From positions 22,397 through 86,396 of IMG/VR virus record IMGVR_UViG_3300017917_001194: a DNA stretch of 64,000 bases; one strand, written 5' to 3'. This document shows positions 16,975 to 24,042 of the stretch, one piece after another. Below the pieces are notes generated by a model. That model was given only the letters and a program-made list of their open reading frames with translations. It was not told the origin of the DNA and did not search any database. The position numbers were made by a program, and so were the translations under genes. Every line of letters begins with the position of its first letter. Position 1 is the stretch's first letter. Source of the DNA: a virus.

Positions 16975-17066
16975 GTATAACCCAGGGCTACCAGAGTAAA
17001 AATCACACGTCTAACAGCATGTCATTTACTGTAGATTACTGTAGGTAGTGGGCTGGGCCGTTATAA
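16975..17066 (-). ncRNA. candidate structured RNA between tRNA-Ile and tRNA-Arg
   Basis: nested complementary segments TATAAC/GTTATA, CCCAG/CTGGG, CTACC/GGTAG, AGTAAA/TTTACT, ACATG/CGTGT. Confidence 0.45.
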
Positions 17067-17067
17067 C

Positions 17068-17141
17068 TGGTAGCCAGAACAAGAATTGAACTTGTAATAA
17101 TCGCTTATCAAGCGACCGTTATACCATTTAACTATCCGGCT
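17068..17141 (-). tRNA. tRNA-Ile(GAT)
   Basis: GTCGC-TT GAT AA-GCGAT, CCA. Confidence 0.9.
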
Positions 17142-17142
17142 G

Positions 17143-17220
17143 TGGTCTCGGGTGAGGGATTCGAACTCTCGTTATTCCTGGTCCCAAACCAGGTGCCATA
17201 CCAGACTAGGCGAACCCGAG
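17143..17220 (-). tRNA. tRNA-Pro(TGG)
   Basis: CCTGG-TT TGG GA-CCAGG, CCA. Confidence 0.92.
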
Positions 17221-17221
17221 T

Positions 17222-17992
17222 TTAAAGTTTTGAATATTTCTCATTCCACACCCTGATTCTTTCTAATAATTCCTCATAGGTGATTGAATTTTTTTTATGT
17301 TTTGAACTATTTTTAGTATGTATAAGTAGTTCACAATTTGCCGGGTGCCTTATATGTTCCACTGGTAAGTTATTATCAAATCCATATCTACAACTAATCA
17401 TATGATCCCTACTTACTCCTCCGGTATTGTTACCTCTATTTGAGGCTTGATACCACCCGTGTGTTTTTATTAAATTAAAATTAAACTCATCTGGGTAATC
17501 TTTAAGATTAAATCTAAATTGACAATCGGCACGATAATTTTGCCATTCTGTTCTCTTTGCCCTTAACGGAATGTTTTTATAATCTATAGCACACTTTTTA
17601 CAACAGAACGTTTTAATTTTACTAAAAGTTTCAAATTGAGAATTACAGTGCTTACATTGTTTACTAATTAATTGTTTGCTCTTGGCCGGCCCTGTTTTAA
17701 ATTTTGAATAATCTTTAATAGCATTATTATAAATGGCCGCACAAGAGTTAGAACAAAATTTATTATGTCTTCTATTATACTCAAGTTTAGTACCACATTG
17801 AGCACATAGATTGGGATTTTTTATATATTTGTCAATAACATCTTCTTGGTGTCGTTTAGCTAAGATATCATATTTGCCGTTATATCCAGAGGAATATTTT
17901 GATAGATTAAGATGCGTTCTATCAACATGAGTAAATATTCCTTTTGCTGATTTAACTTCTTTACAGTATATACAACTACACAGTGTCGGCAT
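17222..17992 (-). CDS. putative homing endonuclease (zinc fingers + DH...HPAN.E HNH-like C-terminus)
   Basis: repeated CxxC; SRDHMIS...GF.NN.P...IRHPANCELL...NSSK. Confidence 0.7.
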   Translation of the reverse strand: MPTLCSCIYCKEVKSAKGIFTHVDRTHLNLSKYSSGYNGKYDILAKRHQEDVIDKYIKNPNLCAQCGTKLEYNRRHNKFCSNSCAAIYNNAIKDYSKFKTGPAKSKQLISKQCKHCNSQFETFSKIKTFCCKKCAIDYKNIPLRAKRTEWQNYRADCQFRFNLKDYPDEFNFNLIKTHGWYQASNRGNNTGGVSRDHMISCRYGFDNNLPVEHIRHPANCELLIHTKNSSKHKKNSITYEELLERIRVWNEKYSKL

Positions 17993-18066
17993 TTTTCATC
18001 TCCAAAAGTATTTTATACTATTATTTATCATTGGTGGATAATCTAATAGTTAAATTAAAACACTTT

Positions 18067-18139
18067 TGGAGATGGTCAGGATCGAACTGACTACCTTCTG
18101 CTTGCAAAGCAGATGCTCTCCCAAATGAGCTACACCCCC
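18067..18139 (-). tRNA. tRNA-Ala(TGC), CCA not encoded
   Basis: TCTGC-TT TGC AA-GCAGA, G3:U70. Confidence 0.9.
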
Positions 18140-18143
18140 GTAA

Positions 18144-18219
18144 TGGAGCAGGATATCGGGTTCGAACCGATGACCTCGACGTTGGCAACGTGGCGCTCTA
18201 CCAGCTGAGCTAATCCTGC
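18144..18219 (-). tRNA. tRNA-Gly(GCC)
   Basis: ACG-TT GCC AA-CGT, CCA. Confidence 0.9.
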
Positions 18220-18225
18220 ATTGTT

Positions 18226-18301
18226 TGGCAGGGGATGAGTGGATCGAACACTCTCAATGGCGGGATCAAAACCCGCTGCCTTCCCATTTGGCGAATCCCC
18301 A
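18226..18301 (-). tRNA. tRNA-Gln(TTG)
   Basis: GCGGG-TT TTG AT-CCCGC, CCA. Confidence 0.9.
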
Positions 18302-18359
18302 CTTGTACTACTTGGCGGTTAAAAATAGTTCGAACCGCAAACTTGAGATAAATATTAGT

Positions 18360-19178
18360 ATGACAAAAAAATATTTTACTCAATCACAATGTAAACATTG
18401 TGGTAAAATTTACACTAAACAGAGAGATTCAAACAGATCTTTCTGCGACAATCAATGTCGTGTAAACTTCCGAATTGCTAACAAAAAAGTTATTATTAGG
18501 CCTTCTAAAACTTGCCCTAAATGTCACACTATTCACAATAAAATAGGAACATTCTGCTCTCGTAGTTGTGCCAATGGACACATTGTTACAGATAAGCATA
18601 AATCTAAATTAATGGACACTATTAATACTAAACTCACTATTAAGAACCAATTCGGTGAACACCCACGAAAATCTGCATTGCCAAAAAATATTGGCAAGAT
18701 TAGGCAATTTAATTATGTTGGCCCATATACTAAAATATACTTGTGCACCTGCAAATATTCTGGAAAGAAGTGGTATTCGCCTACAGTTAAAACCGTTCAT
18801 CCTGACTTGGGACGGACACGGAAAGAATACAGTTACTCTTGTCGTTTTCAGTTTGGAATTTCATCATTTCCAGATTGGTTTACTGATGCGTCTGAATTAA
18901 TAAACAAATACGGCTGGTACTCAACTCCCGGGTCGCGCAAAGGAATTAAAAACACAAACGGAATCTCGAGAGATCATTTATATTCGATCACCGACGGATG
19001 GACAAACAATGTTCCTCCCGAACTTATCCGGCATCCGGCGAATTGTGAGCTAGTCCCTCATCAGCAAAACCAATCTAAATATTATACTTCAAAAATAACG
19101 CTTGATGAATTATATCAACGAATACGCCAATTTAATTTGTTATATGGGCTACCCTGCACCGACTTGAACGGCGACTAA
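18360..19178 (+). CDS. putative homing endonuclease, paralog of 17222..17992
   Basis: start MTKKYF after the ATAAATA motif; SRDHLYS...IRHPANCELVPH..NQSK. Confidence 0.7.
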   Translation: MTKKYFTQSQCKHCGKIYTKQRDSNRSFCDNQCRVNFRIANKKVIIRPSKTCPKCHTIHNKIGTFCSRSCANGHIVTDKHKSKLMDTINTKLTIKNQFGEHPRKSALPKNIGKIRQFNYVGPYTKIYLCTCKYSGKKWYSPTVKTVHPDLGRTRKEYSYSCRFQFGISSFPDWFTDASELINKYGWYSTPGSRKGIKNTNGISRDHLYSITDGWTNNVPPELIRHPANCELVPHQQNQSKYYTSKITLDELYQRIRQFNLLYGLPCTDLNGD

Positions 19179-19219
19179 AAATTTTGGAGATTTCTGTGCT
19201 ACCTTTACACTACAGGGCA
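19145..19219 (-). tRNA. tRNA-Trp(CCA)
   Basis: GAAAT-CT CCA AA-ATTTT; 3' end reads GCCCA and overlaps the antisense endonuclease tail. Confidence 0.8.
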
Positions 19220-19233
19220 ATAACTATTTAAAT

Positions 19234-19318
19234 TGGTGGAGTATCCAGGGATCGAACCGGGCGTGCCATAAGGCGGGGGATTTACAGTCCCCTGCATCAC
19301 CGTTGATGCTTCTACTCC
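19234..19318 (-). tRNA. tRNA-Tyr(GTA)
   Basis: GGGGA-CT GTA AA-TCCCC, V arm, CCA. Confidence 0.9.
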
Positions 19319-19326
19319 AAATTGTA

Positions 19327-19403
19327 TGGCATCCTGTAGGGGATTCGAACCCCTGAATGTCACCGTGAAAGGGTGATGACTTAGGCCGCTTGTCGAACAG
19401 GAT
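19327..19403 (-). tRNA. tRNA-Glu(TTC)
   Basis: TCACC-CT TTC AC-GGTGA, CCA. Confidence 0.92.
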
Positions 19404-19409
19404 AAAACC

Positions 19410-19485
19410 TGGTTGCGGGAGGAGGAATTGAACCTACCATCTGAGAGCTTATGAGACTCCCGTGCGACCACTACACTTTCCCGCG
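19410..19485 (-). tRNA. tRNA-Met(CAT), initiator-like
   Basis: C1:A72 mismatch, CT CAT AA loop, CCA. Confidence 0.82.
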
Positions 19486-19492
19486 ATTGTTC

Positions 19493-19576
19493 TGGCTCCG
19501 AAGGTAGGCTTCGAACCTACAGTGCTTTCGCGGCAGATTAACAGTCTGCTGAGTTTACCAGTTCCTCTACTTCGGA
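19493..19576 (-). tRNA. tRNA-Asn(GTT) with extended variable arm
   Basis: GCAGA-CT GTT AA-TCTGC; V arm GC-GAAA-GC; CCA. Confidence 0.88.
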
Positions 19577-19583
19577 ATTGTCT

Positions 19584-19658
19584 TGGCGGTCTCAAGGGGT
19601 AACGATCCCCTTCTTTATGCGTGACAGGCATATGTGCGTCCATGAACACTTTGAGACC
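19584..19658 (-). tRNA. tRNA-Asp(GTC)
   Basis: TATGC-CT GTC AC-GCATA; non-canonical T loop ATCGTTA; CCA. Confidence 0.87.
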
Positions 19659-19739
19659 AAAATCTGGTGAGTAGTTTTGTTACTCCGGACTACTACTAAC
19701 CGGGTTTCACTAATAACTGGCTGAGCCAGAATTCGTGTT

Positions 19740-19817
19740 TGGAGCAACGGGTGTGATTCGAACACACGGCTTTAGGGATTTGCAGTCCCTTGCATTGGGC
19801 CACTCTGCCACCGTTGC
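19740..19817 (-). tRNA. tRNA-Cys(GCA)
   Basis: AGGGA-CT GCA AA-TCCCT, CCA. Confidence 0.92.
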
Positions 19818-19821
19818 ATAT

Positions 19822-19958
19822 CATACTGAAGCACACTCGAGAGAATGTGCTTTAGTATGCTGTGATTTTTTGTTCCACACAAGGAACTCCATCCTACAGT
19901 CCGCCCATTTGTACTGTTTTAAGTGTAGTACAGGATCTCGTTTCCTATAACCACTCTA
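19822..19958 (-). ncRNA. candidate structured RNA(s) at the head of the tRNA array
   Basis: 14-bp hairpin 19822..19859; TGTACT/AGTACA, ATCC/GGAT, GTTCC/GGAAC, GTGGTT/AATCAC stems; non-coding. Confidence 0.45.
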
Positions 19959-20007
19959 AATCGTTCTTGGAATGATTGTTCCAACCATTCTGCAAGCAGT
20001 TAGATAT

Positions 20008-20205
20008 CTATCTTGACCACTTGGAGTAAAGACCGCTCCGTGTTGCTATGGGGCAATCTTTTCTGGCTTCGAGTTCGGCTTGTGCCCTATCGATCTTGTT
20101 TCGGAACAATTTTGCTTTTTGTTCGTCAGTTAGAACATAGTGAGCCGCTTCGAACGCCTTTTGAACGATCGTATTATGCAATTCCGTATTGTCTATAGTC
20201 TGCAT
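20008..20205 (-). CDS. hypothetical protein, first cistron after the attenuator
   Basis: AGAAGGAG RBS, 65 aa. Confidence 0.65.
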   Translation of the reverse strand: MQTIDNTELHNTIVQKAFEAAHYVLTDEQKAKLFRNKIDRAQAELEARKDCPIATRSGLYSKWSR

Positions 20206-20224
20206 CGCGTTTCTCCTTCTTTCT

Positions 20225-20260
20225 AAAATAAAAACCCCAGGGTGTTTAGTCCTGGGGCTC
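20225..20260 (-). terminator. intrinsic terminator of the tRNA-operon attenuator
   Basis: GAGCCCCAGG-ACTAAACAC-CCTGGGG followed by TTTTTATTTT. Confidence 0.85.
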
Positions 20261-20298
20261 TTGAATAAAGTTTAAAATACAATTCTATTCAGAACCCC
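20254..20298 (-). promoter_or_regulatory. antiterminator hairpin overlapping the leader-ORF 3' end
   Basis: GGGGTTCTGAATAGA pairs with TTTATTCAAGAGCCCC and shares GAGCCCC with the terminator. Confidence 0.75.
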
Positions 20299-20401
20299 TG
20301 ATACCGTACACAATATTACCCTCTGTTGGTAGGCAGGCTGACGACCAACGTAATGCGGGCATCTGCTTACTATCAAAGGTTATGTGTCTTAAAGTATTCA
20401 T
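20285..20401 (-). CDS. attenuator leader peptide containing all 20 amino acids (38 aa)
   Basis: MNTLRHITFDSKQMPALRWSSACLPTEGNIVYGIRGSE*; ATG 10 nt after the -10 box. Confidence 0.7.
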   Translation of the reverse strand: MNTLRHITFDSKQMPALRWSSACLPTEGNIVYGIRGSE

Positions 20402-20411
20402 AATAGTATGT

Positions 20412-20440
20412 ATTATAGTTTAGATATTTATATCCGTCAA
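20412..20440 (-). promoter_or_regulatory. sigma70 promoter of the tRNA operon with nested TATAAATA late motif
   Basis: TTGACG-GATATAAATATCTAAAC(17)-TATAAT. Confidence 0.8.
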
Positions 20441-20817
20441 CCTCTTTTGGTAAAATTATTTATCCCTTGTAAATCACTGGTTTCGCCACGTGCTACACGA
20501 TATGCGTCCACTGCTCGCATACGAGCTAACATTAGTCTCAAACGCATTTCATCTGTAATTACTACATCATCTTCTGTGGGTGCAATATCTACTCGTGCTT
20601 TTAATACTGTGTCTCTACGTACAATCATATACTGTTGAGCCACAGTTAAACTGTCATCATCTTCATCGTCGGCAAAATACTTGTGTATGGGCAGGTGACG
20701 TGTGGTCAGCTTGATTACTTGCTTGACTTCTGGCTCTGGTGCGGCCACTGGATCTGAAGCATAAGCAACGGCAAATATTACCGCTAATGCAGCGGTTAAA
20801 ATATATCTTGTTCTCAT
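20437..20817 (-). CDS. putative exported protein
   Basis: signal-peptide-like N-terminus ending AVAYA. Confidence 0.65.
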   Translation of the reverse strand: MRTRYILTAALAVIFAVAYASDPVAAPEPEVKQVIKLTTRHLPIHKYFADDEDDDSLTVAQQYMIVRRDTVLKARVDIAPTEDDVVITDEMRLRLMLARMRAVDAYRVARGETSDLQGINNFTKRG

Positions 20818-21111
20818 TTAGTTTGGTACCAATACAGTTCTATAGCAGTTACAACTAGCATCTACTATGGTTTCATAGTGGTAGCCATATGGTGCTACGG
20901 GTTGAGCAGGTGGATAATACACCGGCTGTGGTTGAACATAAACCGTTCTAGGTTGTGCGAGGGCATAACCCAATACGCCGCCTATCACTATCGGGGCGAT
21001 CCAATTCTGGCCTCCGTGGTGATGTGAATGGTTCCAATGATTCGGATTTGCCTGGCTTGAGTTCGCTATTAACATCATACTTGCAAAAAGCAGTGTGATA
21101 ACCTTTTTCAT
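20818..21111 (-). CDS. putative exported His/Pro-rich protein
   Basis: signal peptide, HHHGG, hydrophobic segment, Pro/Tyr-rich tail. Confidence 0.7.
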   Translation of the reverse strand: MKKVITLLFASMMLIANSSQANPNHWNHSHHHGGQNWIAPIVIGGVLGYALAQPRTVYVQPQPVYYPPAQPVAPYGYHYETIVDASCNCYRTVLVPN

Positions 21112-21175
21112 AGTTGTTTTCCTTTGTGTGGCTCATACTATATTAACGCCTGCCCGCACGAAAAAGTTGACAAGA

Positions 21176-21199
21176 AAAAGGCCCAATTAAGGGCCTTTT
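21176..21199. terminator. bidirectional intrinsic terminator after tmRNA
   Basis: AAAAGGCCC-AATTAA-GGGCCTTTT. Confidence 0.8.
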
Positions 21200-21510
21200 G
21201 GTTGTTTCTGTTACGAGGTAAGTCCTACCCTAAGCAGTGATTAAACTGCTAAAGTTTGGCGTTGTGCTGTACGAGCAGAGAATTTAACGTTCTTACCTGA
21301 AACAGTTACTTCGCCTTTAGATGCGTTTGCATTTACATTTATTTGCTTGGATTACGTCCATCGCCTCTCGTGTTGTCTGCTACAATACTAATTCGCCCGT
21401 CGAGTCTAAATCAGGCCCCTCATAAACATTCTACTTAAAATGCTTATGGTGGACCTGGGGAGGCACTGCCCCTCCCGTCCGAACAACCTTTCTCTTCACT
21501 TCATACAACA
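21200..21510 (-). ncRNA. ssrA: circularly permuted two-piece tmRNA
   Basis: acceptor piece ends CAGGTCC-A-CCA at 21447; hairpin spacer; coding piece starts GGGCCTGATTTAGACTCGACGGG at 21418 (G3:U70); tag ORF 21241..21330; outer ends approximate. Confidence 0.85.
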
Positions 21511-21515
21511 ATTCT

Positions 21516-21719
21516 TTACTCTCTACCCCAATCAATATGTGTCCAAATTCTATCATAAATGTAGTACGAACAAGTCCATACTATGTTAATAATGATAGCA
21601 GGTAATATTGCTTGCGTAGTACTTTGTCCAGTGATCAACAACATTACATAGGTGCTTAGTATAACCCAGCATCTGTAGATTAAAGTTTTTACTAATGTTC
21701 GCTTTTTCGTATCTTTCAT
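21516..21719 (-). CDS. small membrane protein (DUF2061-like)
   Basis: RTLVKTLIYR...YYIYDRIW..I.WG. Confidence 0.7.
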   Translation of the reverse strand: MKDTKKRTLVKTLIYRCWVILSTYVMLLITGQSTTQAILPAIIINIVWTCSYYIYDRIWTHIDWGRE

Positions 21720-21922
21720 AATTCTTTTACCACTCCACGATAGCATAAAGGTATATACCACCACGGTTGACGTCTGGGTTTTGTTAGAGTATATTCTAAT
21801 ACCTTGCCGTTAGGACTTACCCAGGTATTATGGAATCCTAACCAAGTGCGACTACGATGCCAGCGAATACTTCCGCCCCAACGAAATCGCATCCATAACG
21901 CAAAAACCAAACAATTACACAT
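21716..21922 (-). CDS. hypothetical protein
   Basis: AGGAG RBS; ATGA-coupled to the next ORF. Confidence 0.6.
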   Translation of the reverse strand: MCNCLVFALWMRFRWGGSIRWHRSRTWLGFHNTWVSPNGKVLEYTLTKPRRQPWWYIPLCYRGVVKEL

Positions 21923-22030
21923 GTGTTAATCTCCTACTATTATGTAGCGTATTTTACACGCCAAAGATTAACACAATATTAAATCTAGCCGACCCACCAC
22001 CAATTTTTTCTAAAATTGGAAACTATTACT

Positions 22031-22059
22031 AGTATATATGGTTACTGATTACTTGTCAA
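22031..22059 (-). promoter_or_regulatory. sigma70 promoter (may drive two small ORFs and tmRNA)
   Basis: TTGACA-N17-TATACT. Confidence 0.65.
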
Positions 22060-22068
22060 TTTGTATGA

Positions 22069-22797
22069 CTATTTCTTTTTATATTTAGGTAATATTCTAT
22101 GCATTGGCGGAACGGCAATGCTATCTGGAGGAACATCTTTCATTAGTGTAACTCCCATCCACACTGTGGATCCGGCACCGACTCTTAAAGGTATTCCTTT
22201 GTTATTAAATCCTCCAATGATTGTACTTCTGGCACCAATTTTCGCATGATCCTCAATGATAGCATTAGATATTAAACAACTTGATCCCAATGATACATTT
22301 CGGCCAATATATACGTCGTGGCCTATGTGCGAAGTGCAATCAAGTATGCAATGATCCCCGATGGTGATATTAGAACGTAATCCACTCCCGGGAGATATCA
22401 TAATGCCCTTGCCCATTTTAATGTTGTAACCGGGTGTATATGCACATGTAGGATCGATTAAATTAATTACATTAACTCCTGCGCGGTCTACTAGGTCTAT
22501 TCGATCCTTGCGTACTTGTTCATTATCGAGACCAATGTCATTTAAATGTTGACTACCAGTCCAAAAACTAGTTACGATAAAATCGCACTCTTCTCGCCAC
22601 TGTCTAGCCTGTTTATTTTCTGTATCTAATAGCCAATCTTCGTTTCCAATGATAGGAATGTCAAATACTGATTCGGTATTTCCGTAATAATATTTGTCTA
22701 AAATACCTAGAACTTTAATACCTAATCGATTAGTAATATGTATAGGAAGAGAAAAATCTCCCCTCACTCCAACAAAGATAACTGGTTTTTTATTCAT
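22069..22797 (-). CDS. PglD/NeuD-like hexapeptide-repeat sugar acyltransferase
   Basis: N-terminal Rossmann-like domain, IGHD motif, left-handed beta-helix repeats. Confidence 0.8.
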   Translation of the reverse strand: MNKKPVIFVGVRGDFSLPIHITNRLGIKVLGILDKYYYGNTESVFDIPIIGNEDWLLDTENKQARQWREECDFIVTSFWTGSQHLNDIGLDNEQVRKDRIDLVDRAGVNVINLIDPTCAYTPGYNIKMGKGIMISPGSGLRSNITIGDHCILDCTSHIGHDVYIGRNVSLGSSCLISNAIIEDHAKIGARSTIIGGFNNKGIPLRVGAGSTVWMGVTLMKDVPPDSIAVPPMHRILPKYKKK

Positions 22798-23272
22798 AAT
22801 CTTTGCTCACTATCACTGATGCACATCGTCCACCAAACCCATAACTATTTTTAATAAAACTGTTACAATGCTTTTCTAAATTTTCAGTTAACAACGCTGG
22901 ATCATCGGCTAATGGATTGGTTAGCCCAAATGTTCTTGGAATGATATTATATTCTAAACTAGCTAAACCATAAATTAATTCAAGGGCACCACATGCCCCT
23001 AGTGCATGTCCTATTTTGGCTTTTGCTGAATACATGGGTACACCTGGCAGATATTTTTTCATTACACGATATTCTATATCGTCACCTAATACTGTTGCTG
23101 TTGCATGGGCACTAATGAAATCAACTGTATTCATACCTGCTTCTTTTAAGGCTTGACTAACAGACATTTCTGCCGCTATTTCATTTAAGCCGGTTAAATT
23201 TTCAAAGCAAGTTTTATAGTCGTTGCCTAGTGAATCAACAATGCCTACTCCGGTGATAGCGACTCTTGTCAT
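22790..23272 (-). CDS. internally deleted beta-ketoacyl synthase (FabB/FabF-like)
   Basis: RVAITGVGIV N-terminus fused to AHATAT..GD..E, K..IGH.LGA.G..E and NSYGFGG; only 160 aa. Confidence 0.7.
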   Translation of the reverse strand: MTRVAITGVGIVDSLGNDYKTCFENLTGLNEIAAEMSVSQALKEAGMNTVDFISAHATATVLGDDIEYRVMKKYLPGVPMYSAKAKIGHALGACGALELIYGLASLEYNIIPRTFGLTNPLADDPALLTENLEKHCNSFIKNSYGFGGRCASVIVSKDYE

Positions 23273-23877
23273 ACAGCCATCTCACGATCAAAACGACCGG
23301 ATTCTATGTAATCAAATAGTTCAGGGCGGAATCGTATACTCAATGCAATACGCACAAGACCATGATTGACAATAGGTGCATGCGGAACGTAAACATTAAT
23401 CCAGTGAGGAATCCAACTATCACATCGGCCGATTTCTTTAGCTGTGTCATCCTTAACGGCTAAGGCGTGATTAACATAGATATTTTCTCCTAGTTTGCCA
23501 TTCATTGTTTCTCTTGGCAATACTTCTGCTTCGTAAAAACCAGTATATGAATCTTCGCAGTTAGCCACTGGCAAATTTAAAGCGATGTTTCTTGCTTTCC
23601 ACAATGGAAAGTCTCTATGTATAGCATAATGTTTATTTGGTTTAACTAGAATAAGAGCGTTTTCGGCCATGCGATCTTCAAGATCCCAACTTTGAATTAG
23701 ATGTATAATATTAGGACAATTTGTTCTTAAATCATCATGTGAAACTGGAATGAAGTGTGTGTCATTGAATTGATCTAAGTCAGGCATGACAGCCTGTCTC
23801 AATTGCTCAAGATCTGTGCGATAATCTTCAATATTAATTTTAGCTGGTCTGTATAACCACTCTACTTGTTTTCTCAT
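23269..23877 (-). CDS. putative 2OG-Fe(II) oxygenase-fold protein
   Basis: IHRD, ALNLPV, PH, RIALSIRF. Confidence 0.55.
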   Translation of the reverse strand: MRKQVEWLYRPAKINIEDYRTDLEQLRQAVMPDLDQFNDTHFIPVSHDDLRTNCPNIIHLIQSWDLEDRMAENALILVKPNKHYAIHRDFPLWKARNIALNLPVANCEDSYTGFYEAEVLPRETMNGKLGENIYVNHALAVKDDTAKEIGRCDSWIPHWINVYVPHAPIVNHGLVRIALSIRFRPELFDYIESGRFDREMAV

Positions 23878-23929
23878 TGGATTGCCTTTTTAATAATTAA
23901 TTTTATATTATTTTTTTGTAATTGTCAAT

Positions 23930-24042
23930 GCTTGTAGAGTATCTACGCACGGCTGGCGTTCTAAGCGTTACACGTTAGTAAAGTGGTCGAACCACAGGCG
24001 TCATTTTGAAAGCCGACGTCGGAGAATCCGGCGTTGCAAGAG
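23930..24042 (-). ncRNA. candidate late-expressed structured RNA
   Basis: GC-richer non-coding block after CTAAATA; CTTG/CAAG closing pair, CGG/CCG, CGTC/GACG, GTGG-TTCGA-CCAC. Confidence 0.45.

Noticed and set aside
18010-18066. Theta/HDV-like ribozyme after the CCA-less tRNA-Ala
   Set aside because: The trailer is AT-rich with no nested double pseudoknot visible.
13200-19820. Recurring GGATTCGAACC-like repeats resembling a CRISPR array
   Set aside because: These are tRNA T-arms with irregular spacing; no cas genes.
19205-19950. ORFs 19205..19471, 19449..19649 and 19735..19950
   Set aside because: They overlap bona fide tRNAs and lack RBS support.
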